Program-made: the position numbers and the translations under genes
The notes under the pieces: model-generated
Seen by the model: the letters and a program-made list of their open reading frames with translations, nothing else
The model's database searches: none
What the model was told of the DNA's origin: nothing
Part shown: positions 29,497 to 39,306 of the stretch, piece by piece
Layout of the letters: every line of letters begins with the position of its first letter
Position numbering within the stretch: position 1 is the first letter of the stretch
Assembly (NCBI GenBank): GCA_041596515.1
Contig: JBFHIJ010000006.1
Span: forward strand, 11,845 to 75,844
DNA length: 64,000 nucleotides
Direction: 5' to 3'
Source of the DNA: Chlorobiota bacterium
GTDB lineage: Bacteria > Bacteroidota > Ignavibacteria > Kapaibacteriales > UBA2268

Positions 29497-30679
29497 CACT
29501 TTCTTCTTTCAAAGGGCGGGGCATGACTATTTTAAAAGTTGCACCGCTTTTTTTTGCTTCATCAGTATGCTCGAACCAAACTTCCCCATTCATTGCTTCT
29601 ATTAGCCTTTTTACTATAGATAGTCCTAAACCTGAAGACATTTCGTTGTCAGTAGGCTTGTTTGAGGTATTAGAAAATTTATCAAATAGTTTACCTTGCT
29701 CTTCCTCTTTTACTCCGGGACCTTCATCACTGATAGCAATAAGCATAGATTTAGAAGTTTTATTAAGCTTATCAAAGTCATCTATTGTTATTGTTATTTT
29801 AGTATAAAATGGAGAAAACTTAAAGGCATTGGAAATTAGATTTTCTATTACTTGCTCCATTTTGACTTCATCTGCCAATATCAGCTTGTTTAGAGTGTTA
29901 GACTTATATTCTATATTGATTCGTTTCTTTTTGGATACAGTCGAATAGCTTTTTAAAATTTTACTGAATACTCTATCAATATTGATTTTGGTGATATTAA
30001 ACTGTAGCTTGCCTTCTTCCATTTTATTTATTTCTAGTAAATCATTGACTATATTGAACATCCTTTGAGTTATGCTTTCTATCTGGTCTAATCGCTCTTT
30101 TTTTTGGTCTTCATTCATTTTATGGCTATATTTTCTAAGAAGTTCAATATTACTCAATACTGAATGTAGAGGATTGCGTAAATCATGAGCAGTGATGCCC
30201 ATAAACTCATTTTTATCGTGGAGTAGTTTCTCCATTTTAAGATTTTGTTCCGTAATTTTTTTATTCTGTTCTAATATCCTGTCTTTAGCAAATTTGAGTT
30301 CAAGATGAGTACGCGTTCTAGCGAGTAGTTCGTTTTGCTTTGCCGGTTTTATTACATAATCAACAGCCCCAAGCTGGAATCCTTTCATAAGCTTGTCAGT
30401 TTCGTCGAGCGAAGTGAAAAAGATGACTGGTACATCTTTAAGTCTTTCATTAGCTTTGATGTTTTGTATAGTCTCAAAACCATCCATTTTTGGCATGACA
30501 ATATCCAACAGAATCAGATCAGGTGTGAGTTTTTCTAAAATCTTCAATGCCTGCAATCCATCCTGAGCCATCGAGATGTTCAATCCGGCTTGTTTGAGAT
30601 AGCCACCAACCTCTTTAAGATTTTTTATCATATCATCTACTATAAGTACAGTAGGTCTTGAGCTATTGCTACTTTCCAT
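29492..30679 (-). CDS. hybrid response-regulator receiver / histidine kinase (REC-HisKA-HATPase)
   Basis: REC domain (VLIVDD, LILLDIVMPKMDG), H-box ITAHDLRNPL, then an ATPase region (GLGLSIVKRL). Confidence 0.75.
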   Translation of the reverse strand: MESSNSSRPTVLIVDDMIKNLKEVGGYLKQAGLNISMAQDGLQALKILEKLTPDLILLDIVMPKMDGFETIQNIKANERLKDVPVIFFTSLDETDKLMKGFQLGAVDYVIKPAKQNELLARTRTHLELKFAKDRILEQNKKITEQNLKMEKLLHDKNEFMGITAHDLRNPLHSVLSNIELLRKYSHKMNEDQKKERLDQIESITQRMFNIVNDLLEINKMEEGKLQFNITKINIDRVFSKILKSYSTVSKKKRINIEYKSNTLNKLILADEVKMEQVIENLISNAFKFSPFYTKITITIDDFDKLNKTSKSMLIAISDEGPGVKEEEQGKLFDKFSNTSNKPTDNEMSSGLGLSIVKRLIEAMNGEVWFEHTDEAKKSGATFKIVMPRPLKEESD

Positions 30680-32852
30680 ATTGCTTTTCTAAATTTATAA
30701 ATAAATTTAAATAGTTTTCAATATCTACCAAATCAAAATTTTCGCAATAAGCTCCAAGCTCTTCAGAAAACTGTATAATATCGATTGCGTCGTATTGTTT
30801 TGATAAGTCATTCAGCTTTGATGCAAATAGATTAATATCGTCAATCAGCATAGTTTCTAATAGTTGTTTGGCTTGTGGAATGTAGTCATGTAGTATAATT
30901 TCCAATAGCACTTCGTCAAGTGTATCTATGTCAATTTGAGCAGCTGGGTGATGCTCTGATAACATTTCATCAAATATTTCTTCGTCCTCAATAGACAAAC
31001 TATCTGCTTCTAAAGGGCTAATATTATTAGGAGTTAAAGACACATTATTGCCTATAGGTAGTTCAAACTTGAAAGTGCTTCCTTTGCCAATTTTACTTTC
31101 AACGTATAGTTTACCTTGGTTTTTTTGAATGAACTCATTACAAAGGATCAGTCCAAGCCCTGTGCCGGTTTCTTGCTGAGTTCCCATTGTAGAATGATAA
31201 ATATCAATTTTAAATAGATTGTCAATGTCTTCTTTTCTTATACCAACTCCGTTATCAGAAATTGAAATTTCTACTATATCAGATTTTCCTATGCTTGTTA
31301 CGAGTATTTTACCACCCGGGTGAGTAAATTTAATGGCATTGGAAATCAAATTTCTAATTACTGTGTAAACCATATTCTCATCTGCATAAGCTATTTGGTT
31401 GCCTAGGTGCTTGCTAATAAGACTAATATTTTTATTAGCTGCATATTGATCTAATAATGAAATATTGTGTGCAATTAGTTGATCTATATGTATGTTCTCA
31501 GGTTGAATGTTTATTCTATTGGTTTGGGTTCTGGACCATTGGAGCAGATTTTCAAGTAAATTTGTTAACTGTTTTGCAGACTTATATATAGCTTGTAATA
31601 GTTCTAATGTTTCAGTTTTATCTAAAATATCAAAATCTTTTAAAATGACTGCTGTCAAATTTGTAAAAGAGTGAATAGGTCCTTTCAAGTCGTGTGCAAT
31701 AATAGAAAAGAATTTATCTTTAGTTGCATTTGCTTGCCTTAGTTGCTCTTCCGAATCTGCTAAACGTTCGTTTAATGATATAGCTCTAAAGGCATCTTGA
31801 GTAATTGTGTCTCTGGAAGCGGTGAGCTCTTCTATAAGTTCTTCTTTATAATATTGAGTTTGTTTCATCTCAGTTATATCTGTGGCAATTCCCCAAAAGC
31901 TAATATCTGAAATAGGGTACTCATTTTTAAAAGTTGTAAATGAAAGTACAGTTTTATTTCCGTCTAAATCATATTCTAATTCTTTATTTACCATAGATTC
32001 TTTTTTTTCTATCAACATAAAGAAATCGTTGTTTATATAGTTTTTTTCTACTATTTGCTCGAATATGTCTTTCCAGTTTTTATTGATTGCTTTGTGTCTC
32101 TCTATGCCTGATAACTTCGTAGCTGATTTATTCCAAAGCATAATTTTATTATTATAGTCTATAGCAAAGAGTAGAATAGGTAGACTATCTATCAATTTGA
32201 GTAGTCTGTTATAATCCTTAAGTAAGTTATCACTTTTTTGCACCAAGTTAGAAATATCCCAGAACATGAATGTAGATGTAGTTTCTGAGTTTTCAATTAT
32301 TGTTTTGCAGATAATATTTGCATGTGTCTTTGATTTCAGATGAAGAGTAATCCCTTTTGCAGGAGCTATTTCTTCCAATTGAAGTTCTTTATGTTTATTA
32401 ATCTTCTCAATTTCAGCTGGATAAAATAAACTCTTTAGAGTAATATTTTGAGTGGTATCTATAGCTTGACCTATTAAATTCTGGAATGCAGTGTTCACAG
32501 ACACTATCCTACCATTAGATTCTATTAGCTTAGGAATAGCTGTCTCATTAAAATTATTTATTTCAATAATATTATCCGCAATAAACTCGGCAGTGAACAT
32601 TTGTATGTTATCACTAATCAAAGATTTGATATGTATATTAAATCTAAAACCTGAAATTTCTTTTTCTAAGATATGAGTTCTAAATAAATCTGTATTCTCT
32701 AAAATATCAGCAATTAGTGTAGCAGTATTTTCAGGAGAGCTCAGTGCCTTAAGTGATGAGTTTTGATGCAAAACTTCACCATTGGTATTAAATAAGCAAA
32801 TAGGTGTTTGCAAATTATCTAAAATAGTATGAATAGAATTTTCCAAAAACAC
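30669..32852 (-). CDS. PAS-domain sensor histidine kinase with a C-terminal Hpt-like extension
   Basis: PAS-like regions, H-box IIAHDLKGP, and N/G boxes (GTGLGLILC). It overlaps the downstream hybrid kinase by 11 nt. Confidence 0.7.
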   Translation of the reverse strand: MFLENSIHTILDNLQTPICLFNTNGEVLHQNSSLKALSSPENTATLIADILENTDLFRTHILEKEISGFRFNIHIKSLISDNIQMFTAEFIADNIIEINNFNETAIPKLIESNGRIVSVNTAFQNLIGQAIDTTQNITLKSLFYPAEIEKINKHKELQLEEIAPAKGITLHLKSKTHANIICKTIIENSETTSTFMFWDISNLVQKSDNLLKDYNRLLKLIDSLPILLFAIDYNNKIMLWNKSATKLSGIERHKAINKNWKDIFEQIVEKNYINNDFFMLIEKKESMVNKELEYDLDGNKTVLSFTTFKNEYPISDISFWGIATDITEMKQTQYYKEELIEELTASRDTITQDAFRAISLNERLADSEEQLRQANATKDKFFSIIAHDLKGPIHSFTNLTAVILKDFDILDKTETLELLQAIYKSAKQLTNLLENLLQWSRTQTNRINIQPENIHIDQLIAHNISLLDQYAANKNISLISKHLGNQIAYADENMVYTVIRNLISNAIKFTHPGGKILVTSIGKSDIVEISISDNGVGIRKEDIDNLFKIDIYHSTMGTQQETGTGLGLILCNEFIQKNQGKLYVESKIGKGSTFKFELPIGNNVSLTPNNISPLEADSLSIEDEEIFDEMLSEHHPAAQIDIDTLDEVLLEIILHDYIPQAKQLLETMLIDDINLFASKLNDLSKQYDAIDIIQFSEELGAYCENFDLVDIENYLNLFINLEKQYGK

Positions 32853-33023
32853 TTCTCACAATATGCTTATTTTATTTATTAGCTGTATATAGCAAATATA
32901 TTACAAAATCAACTATCTTGCAAGCGTATCTTAAAAAATACGTAATACTACTTAAGAAAAAGGCTCAATGAATATTCTCGTTGAGCCTTTGACCATGTAT
33001 GTTATTTTCTTGTAAAAGATAAA

Positions 33024-34313
33024 TTATATCAATTCACAGAAGATTTTATTGCCGTGTCTGTGTGTCAGTTTTACTCTGTAGAAGTCCTTTTTTAGTAAGC
33101 CACTGCCACTGAATGTAACTCTTACATAGTTCTCTGTCCAGCCGGTCCAGAGACCTGTGTCTGAATTAAATGATTCCGGGAGAACAATTTTTGTTTTGCC
33201 AATTTGAGAGTCATAAAATGCTTCTTGCTTGCGTTCGCTAAGTTCCCTTAGTATTTTGGTTCGCTCTTTTCTCATGTTCATCGGCACAACTTCGCTATAG
33301 CCTGCTGCAGGAGTATTGTCTCTTTCTGAGTAAGTGAATACATGTAAATATGATATAGGCAAAGACTCAAGTAAGTCATAGGTCTCTTGAAAATGTTTGT
33401 CAGTTTCACCCGGAAATCCAACAATGACATCATTACCAATGCAAACATCAGGAATACTATTATGTATATTAAAAATAACTTCTTTAAAAAAGTCTATGCT
33501 GTAACGCCTTTTCATTAGTTTTAGTATGTCTGCCGAACCGCTTTGCAGAGGTATATGGAAGTGAGGGCAAAAGTTTTTAGATGACTTAAGTCTATCCACT
33601 AATGAGCTTTTTGCTTTGTTTGGCTCAAGCGAGGAAATTCTCACACGAATTCCAAAATCAAAGCTATCTATATGCTGAATTAAGTCTTCAAAGTTCTGTC
33701 CGGTGCCTGTTTTGTACTCTGCAAGGTTTATTCCGGAGATGATTACTTCTTTTGCGCCGGAGTTAGCTACTTGCTCAAATTCTTGTTTTACCTGCTCAAA
33801 AGGCATTGACCTGCTTTTGCCACGAGCCAGAGGAATGGTGCAGTAAGTACATCTATAATCGCAACCATCTTGTAGCTTCATAAAGACTCTTGTTCGTTCT
33901 TTATTTTCTAAACTGGATGAAGCTGTAAAAGCAAGATCTGTCATGTCTGAAGTATATACACAAGCTCCGGATTCTGATTTGTAGGATTCGATAATGTCAG
34001 GTATGTCAAACTTTTCTTTTGTACCGAAGACACCGTTTACCCCCTCAATCTTAGCTATCTCAAGAGGTTTCAGTTGTGCGTAGCAACCCATAACACCAAT
34101 ATAAGCATCAGGGAGCATCCTTTTAGTTTTGCGGATTATTTTACGCGCATCTGTGTCAGCATTATTAGTGACAGTGCAAGTATTGATAAATACTGCATCA
34201 GCTTCGTCTCCGAAGGGAACAGTAATGTGTCCTCTGTCTTCAAAAAGTTCCTGCAACTTAGACATATCGGCATAATTGACTTTACAGCCGATATTATAAT
34301 AGGAAATTCTCAT
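33024..34313 (-). CDS. mtaB: radical-SAM methylthiotransferase, MtaB-like (tRNA ms2t6A)
   Basis: N-terminal MTTase domain with GCKVN, a radical SAM CxxxCxxC (CTYCTIP), and a TRAM-like C-terminus. Confidence 0.7.
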   Translation of the reverse strand: MRISYYNIGCKVNYADMSKLQELFEDRGHITVPFGDEADAVFINTCTVTNNADTDARKIIRKTKRMLPDAYIGVMGCYAQLKPLEIAKIEGVNGVFGTKEKFDIPDIIESYKSESGACVYTSDMTDLAFTASSSLENKERTRVFMKLQDGCDYRCTYCTIPLARGKSRSMPFEQVKQEFEQVANSGAKEVIISGINLAEYKTGTGQNFEDLIQHIDSFDFGIRVRISSLEPNKAKSSLVDRLKSSKNFCPHFHIPLQSGSADILKLMKRRYSIDFFKEVIFNIHNSIPDVCIGNDVIVGFPGETDKHFQETYDLLESLPISYLHVFTYSERDNTPAAGYSEVVPMNMRKERTKILRELSERKQEAFYDSQIGKTKIVLPESFNSDTGLWTGWTENYVRVTFSGSGLLKKDFYRVKLTHRHGNKIFCELI

Positions 34314-34606
34314 ATATTTTAGTCAATTATATTCTGTAAAAAATTATAAGTACATATTTGCAAACTTATTAGATACAAATATACCTGCTTTTATTGCAGG
34401 AAAAAATTTTCTGATTTCATTTTAAGCAATAATTATTGTTAGTTAGCTAAATCTAAATATTAACATCAAACACTTACTAAAGATAAAATGTTGGAAGTAA
34501 GGTCTTTATCAAATGTAAGAGGAGCACAAAATTTCAGATACAGATACAGAATAAAAAAAAATCGCAACTCTTCTATTAAATTACTTATTCTTATCCTCAA
34601 AAAAAT

Positions 34607-34614
34607 GTATCTTT
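34607..34614 (+). promoter_or_regulatory. TAnnTTTG -7-like motif upstream of hldE
   Basis: TATCTTTG lies ~35 nt before the ATG at 34649. Confidence 0.25.
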
Positions 34615-34648
34615 GTAGTAGTATTCCTAAATATTGAAAATTTATAGT

Positions 34649-35653
34649 ATGCAAAACTTAACACGTGATAGAGCAAATGAAATAATTAACAACGCATCCG
34701 GCAAAAAAATTGCAGTGATTGGCGATGTTATGCTTGATAGGTATTTTTGGGGTGGTGTGAGCAGAATTTCTCCTGAAGCTCCTGTGCCTGTAGTCGATGT
34801 AGAAAAAGAAACTTACCATCTAGGTGGTGCAGCTAACGTTGCCAAAAATCTTAAATCACTTGGCATGGAACCATTGCTTTGTGGCGTATTGGGTAATGAC
34901 AGTTCGGGTGCTACGTTTGTTGAAATTTGTAAAAAAATTGGCTTAGATTCAAATGGACTTTATTTAGATGATGAAAGACCTACTACAGTCAAAACAAGAA
35001 TTATCGGAAATAATCAGCAGCTAATCAGATTGGACCGCGAAGTCAGAGATGAGCTGTCTGACGAGGGCGAGCTTTTTATACTGGAATTACTTGACAAGAC
35101 AAAGGGACTCGCAGGTATCATCTTTGAAGATTATAACAAAGGGACCATCTCAGAGGGACTCATCAGAGAGATTATCTCCAGAGCTAAGCAGCATAAAGTC
35201 CCTGTATTTGTTGATCCAAAATTCGCTAATTTCTTTACTTACAAAGGCGTAACAGTCTTTAAGCCAAATAGAAAAGAAGCTAAGGAAGCATTAGGTATAG
35301 ATATAAATTCTCCTAAGGATGTAGAAAAAGCCGGAAATATGCTTTTAGAAAAATTAGATAGCGAAAACATACTCCTTACTTTAGGTAAAGATGGTATGAT
35401 GCTTTTTGAAAGAAATGGTGACATTTCTTCCGTTCCTACTCGTGCCAAAAATGTTTCGGATGTTTCAGGTGCAGGTGACACGGCTATTGCTACTTTAGCA
35501 ATGTCTATTGCAGGTCAGTCATGCATCAAAGAAGCTGCGGCTTTGGCTAACTTTGCTTCAGGCGTAGTCTGCGAGCAGCCCGGCATAGTATCTATTAAAA
35601 TAAATGAGTTATTAGACACAGTTGCAAGAAATGGTGTAGATGCTGATAAGTAG
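34649..35653 (+). CDS. hldE: D-glycero-beta-D-manno-heptose-7-phosphate kinase (RfaE domain I; hldA-type)
   Basis: PfkB/ribokinase-like fold with GAGD near the C-terminus. ATG at 34649 is preferred over the upstream TTG used by the ORF track. Confidence 0.8.
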   Translation: MQNLTRDRANEIINNASGKKIAVIGDVMLDRYFWGGVSRISPEAPVPVVDVEKETYHLGGAANVAKNLKSLGMEPLLCGVLGNDSSGATFVEICKKIGLDSNGLYLDDERPTTVKTRIIGNNQQLIRLDREVRDELSDEGELFILELLDKTKGLAGIIFEDYNKGTISEGLIREIISRAKQHKVPVFVDPKFANFFTYKGVTVFKPNRKEAKEALGIDINSPKDVEKAGNMLLEKLDSENILLTLGKDGMMLFERNGDISSVPTRAKNVSDVSGAGDTAIATLAMSIAGQSCIKEAAALANFASGVVCEQPGIVSIKINELLDTVARNGVDADK

Positions 35654-36101
35654 AGATACATTAAAGTTAGTTTGTGCTGAACTGAAGCAGAGCGGCAAGA
35701 AAGTAGTTTTTACTAATGGCTGTTTTGACATTCTGCATATTGGACACGTAACATATCTCGAAAAGGCAGCACGACTTGGAGATGTGTTAGTTATTGGTCT
35801 TAATAGTGACGAATCTGTTTCGAAGCTAAAAGGGCCGAGTCGTCCGGTGAATAAAGAAAGTGATCGTGCCGGTGTGCTTTCAGCATTGAAATTTGTCGAC
35901 TATGTGACAGTATTTGGTGAAGAGACCCCCTTTGAGCTTGTGTCTGCCATTATACCCGATGTTATAGTAAAAGGTGGTGACTATACACCTGAAACTATTG
36001 TGGGTGCAGACATTGTTACTCACAATGGGGGAGAGGTCGCCGTTATACCGTTAGTAGAAGGCAAGTCGACAACAAATATCATCAATAGAATCAATGAGTA
36101 A
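35640..36101 (+). CDS. hldE: D-glycero-beta-D-manno-heptose-1-phosphate adenylyltransferase (RfaE domain II; hldC-type)
   Basis: Cytidylyltransferase motif [14 protein letters not shown] separate ORF that overlaps the kinase ORF by 14 nt. Confidence 0.8.
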   Translation: MLISRDTLKLVCAELKQSGKKVVFTNGCFDILHIGHVTYLEKAARLGDVLVIGLNSDESVSKLKGPSRPVNKESDRAGVLSALKFVDYVTVFGEETPFELVSAIIPDVIVKGGDYTPETIVGADIVTHNGGEVAVIPLVEGKSTTNIINRINE

Positions 36102-36673
36102 TGATTACTACAGTAAATATAGATCAAGAATTTAAAGATTTGAATATGCAGGAGTCCGGGCTTAGTTCTTATGAGTTTGACTCCTGCATCTTTAAAGATT
36201 GCGATTTTTCAAAATCTGACTTCAATGGTGCAGTCTTTAAAGATTGTACATTTCATAACTGCAACTTAAGTATGCTCAGCCTTAAAGATACTTCTTTTAA
36301 AGAGGTAGAGTTTTATGACTGTAAGATGCTTGGGATAAACTTCCAGTCCATAAATGATTTTCTACTTTCTTTTAAGTTTGAAAACTGCATACTTCGGATG
36401 TCCTCATTTTATAACTTAAATATAGCAGAAACTGAGTTTATTTCATGTGATTTGCAAGAAGTGGACTTTGTTAGTGCTAATCTGAGTAAAGCTGTGTTTG
36501 AGAGCTGTGATCTTAAAAAAGCCATCTTTACCCAAACCAATCTCCAGAAAGCTGATCTGACTACTGCAATCAACTATGCCATCAATCCCAGCGAAAACAA
36601 TATAAAAAAAGCAAAATTCTCTTCAATTTCTATTGTGGGGTTACTTGCACATTTAGATATTGAAGTGGTTTAG
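36101..36673 (+). CDS. pentapeptide-repeat protein
   Basis: Tandem five-residue repeats of the A(D/N)LxX type (FKDCDFSKSDFNGAVFKDCTFHNCNLSM...). Confidence 0.7.
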   Translation: MITTVNIDQEFKDLNMQESGLSSYEFDSCIFKDCDFSKSDFNGAVFKDCTFHNCNLSMLSLKDTSFKEVEFYDCKMLGINFQSINDFLLSFKFENCILRMSSFYNLNIAETEFISCDLQEVDFVSANLSKAVFESCDLKKAIFTQTNLQKADLTTAINYAINPSENNIKKAKFSSISIVGLLAHLDIEVV

Positions 36674-36697
36674 AGCATCCTTCTCCAAACATACTAA

Positions 36698-36736
36698 CCT
36701 TCACCCAAACGCTTGCGCTTCTGCCAAGATTATCGG
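36698..36736 (-). repeat. degenerate copy C of the pbpC 3'-end repeat
   Basis: CCTTCACCCAAACGCTTGCGCTTCTGCCAAGATTATCGG matches copy A across CTTGCGCTTCTGCCAAGATTATCGG. On the minus strand it would encode ..DNLGRSASVWVKV.. with no stop. Confidence 0.6.
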
Positions 36737-36744
36737 AATTATTT

Positions 36745-37401
36745 TTACGCATTTCCATTCACAGATAAACTATAATATGCTTTTTTATCTAAGTTTATTA
36801 TTAAATTGAAGTGACACTTACCGCCATCAAAAACAAAAAGTAGAGTATTTCTATATTTTCCCCAATTGTTACCACAAAAACAATTCACCCAAACTTCTTT
36901 TTCATCATTTTCATTTGTATAAGGTACTAACTGTCTTTTATAGTCTGACAAATTTATTTGAATACTAGATTTTTCTTCACTTGATTCCAAAACTACATTG
37001 TATTGTTTTTGATATTGTTCAACAATGGAAGTATTATATTCTTTGATACTTCTTTTCAATATTACTTCCAAAAGATTTATCTCTTCATCATTCAGAGTAG
37101 TAGATTTGAATTTTGGATTATTTGGACCAAAAGGATAAGGATTGATTACATCATAATCCAGTATCACATATTTAGAAGTATCGGGTTGTGAAATTAACAA
37201 ATCATTGTCACTTACATTTACCTTATGAAGGATTGGACGATGTTCTATTTTTGAAGAATCAGACTTTGCTAATAACACATCAAGAATACTATTTTCTACA
37301 TTATTAGAAACAGCTTGATTTTTTTCACTCTTTTCTTTTTCTTGGTAGTCGCATGCTATTACCAAAACAAAACACAATACTAATAAGATTGATTTCATCA
37401 C
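36745..37401 (-). CDS. lipoprotein of unknown function (cargo of cassette 1)
   Basis: MMKSILLVLCFVLVIACDYQ lipobox. 218 aa. Confidence 0.5.
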   Translation of the reverse strand: MMKSILLVLCFVLVIACDYQEKEKSEKNQAVSNNVENSILDVLLAKSDSSKIEHRPILHKVNVSDNDLLISQPDTSKYVILDYDVINPYPFGPNNPKFKSTTLNDEEINLLEVILKRSIKEYNTSIVEQYQKQYNVVLESSEEKSSIQINLSDYKRQLVPYTNENDEKEVWVNCFCGNNWGKYRNTLLFVFDGGKCHFNLIINLDKKAYYSLSVNGNA

Positions 37402-37470
37402 TATTAATCCAGATTATAAATATATTTTAAGCTAATATACAATTTTACATTGTAATATTGAATTAATTCC

Positions 37471-37536
37471 CTAAAACACTGTCAGTTTCACCCATCCACT
37501 TGAACTTCTGTCAAGATTATCGGTGCAGGTGATTTT
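37471..37536 (-). repeat. copy B of the pbpC 3'-end repeat
   Basis: On the minus strand it encodes KITCTDNLDRSSSGWVKLTVF*, against the pbpC tail KITCTDNLGRSASIWVKVTVF*. Confidence 0.7.
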
Positions 37537-37676
37537 ATTATTGTAATTATCATACAATTATATTTTTCTATCTTGCAGTATATTCTTATATTATAGTTAT
37601 AATTGTTTTAACTTTTTAAAAATACTAATCTACTTTAATTAATAAGTATATTTAGAAATTTGAGAGATTTACTCTT

Positions 37677-39227
37677 ATGATTTTCAAGCATTATACCAAT
37701 TATTTTGATTCGAATTCGATTGCATCCAAGTATATCATTCTTATACTGACATCGCTTTTATTACTTTTGGTATCAAATACTTACCTAAAATCACAACAGC
37801 TAAAACCAATAGACCGAGATTCCAATTACATCGGAAGAATTTATATTTATTTGGACATGAACAGCTGCGCTGCTTATGTGCATAATGTAAATCATGTTGA
37901 AAAAATGACAAAAAAGTATAATCTGGAACGAGTTGTTTTCCTGCAACAGGAAGCCCCCGGCGATGTAGATTCTATAAGATCTAAGCAAAAGTGGCAATCA
38001 AAATGTATCGCTGATGAATATCAAATATTTAGAGAATACTATGCTTTTAGAAATGTTCCCGGATTTTTATTATTGAATTCAGAAGGTAAAGAAATAATCA
38101 ATACTAGACTTGACGGTGCTCATATTAAATTTCCTGAATTAAAGTCACTCTTAGATTCGTTATCTAAGAATGTAAAAAAATCAAATCCATTAAAAGTACT
38201 TTCTAAAGTCAAAGTTCTGCGTAATGGAAAAAGCAAACGTTCCGGCTTCCATAAATTTGGGACTTATGATAATATCAATAATGTTACTTATATGCGGTTT
38301 AACGGCTCGTATTCTTTATGGAAAATAGATTCGACTGGTGACGCTGAAATACTAACTTCGAAAAAATCTCATCCAATTCTGGATATTAAAAGAAAATCTT
38401 ATTATGGTATGTATATGAATGGGAGTTGTGACACCATTATTTCCCTATTTAAGGGTGAATATTACACCAAAGAAAATAAGCTATTTTTATATGATATTGA
38501 AGAGAACAAGTATACTTATAACACATTAGATATATCGAAGATTTCAGATACTACATTCATTTCTAATTCTTATACATACTTAGATGATAAAATATTTATC
38601 TCATATGACACTTGGTATAACACAAAACCTGGTGGAAATAAAGACTGGAAAAGCTTCTATATTTTTGATTTGAACGGCAAATATGAAACATCTTTTGGTG
38701 AGCCATCCGGCTTCTTTAGAGAAAATTTTCTGGGACGTAGATACATTGATTATATTCAGAGTGACGGGAAGCAATATTACTCTTTGCAGAGACTGCAAGA
38801 TACTATTAGAGTTTGGGATAAAGAGTATAATTTTCTAAAATATATTCCTATTAAAATGGGTAAAGCTTATAACGAAGTACTTGCTAAGATTGAAGAAGAA
38901 ATAGCTCAATGTAAAACTCCTGAAGATTATTCTAAACTTAATTTACATACTGCAATTATCAGACATTTTGTTTATGATGAAATTAGCAAAACTTTCATGG
39001 TTTCATATGATACTGAAATTATTAATGCCAATAAGCAAATAGAAGAAAATACATATTATACTTTCTTCGATATCAATGGAAACAGAATATTTGAGGATGA
39101 TATAAAAGTAAGAACAAACTCAAAACCTTACTATTTCAAAAACGGAATCATTATGTCCGCAGAATCTAATTCTAAAAACGAAGTGGAAATTGTTAAATAT
39201 CAGATTCCAGCAGAAAAGTTGAAATAG
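37677..39227 (+). CDS. hypothetical membrane-anchored protein (cargo of cassette 2)
   Basis: 516 aa with an N-terminal TM segment. No domain recognised. Confidence 0.45.
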   Translation: MIFKHYTNYFDSNSIASKYIILILTSLLLLLVSNTYLKSQQLKPIDRDSNYIGRIYIYLDMNSCAAYVHNVNHVEKMTKKYNLERVVFLQQEAPGDVDSIRSKQKWQSKCIADEYQIFREYYAFRNVPGFLLLNSEGKEIINTRLDGAHIKFPELKSLLDSLSKNVKKSNPLKVLSKVKVLRNGKSKRSGFHKFGTYDNINNVTYMRFNGSYSLWKIDSTGDAEILTSKKSHPILDIKRKSYYGMYMNGSCDTIISLFKGEYYTKENKLFLYDIEENKYTYNTLDISKISDTTFISNSYTYLDDKIFISYDTWYNTKPGGNKDWKSFYIFDLNGKYETSFGEPSGFFRENFLGRRYIDYIQSDGKQYYSLQRLQDTIRVWDKEYNFLKYIPIKMGKAYNEVLAKIEEEIAQCKTPEDYSKLNLHTAIIRHFVYDEISKTFMVSYDTEIINANKQIEENTYYTFFDINGNRIFEDDIKVRTNSKPYYFKNGIIMSAESNSKNEVEIVKYQIPAEKLK

Positions 39228-39236
39228 AAAAATCTC

Positions 39237-39306
39237 CTAAAACACAGTCACCTTCACCCATATACTTGCGCTTCTGCCAAGATTATCGGTGCAGGTGATT
39301 TTTTTT
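39237..39306 (-). repeat. copy A of the repeat, which is the functional 3' end of pbpC
   Basis: Encodes the last 22 codons of pbpC plus its stop. It shares the core AAGATTATCGGTGCAGGTGATTTT with copy B. Confidence 0.7.
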
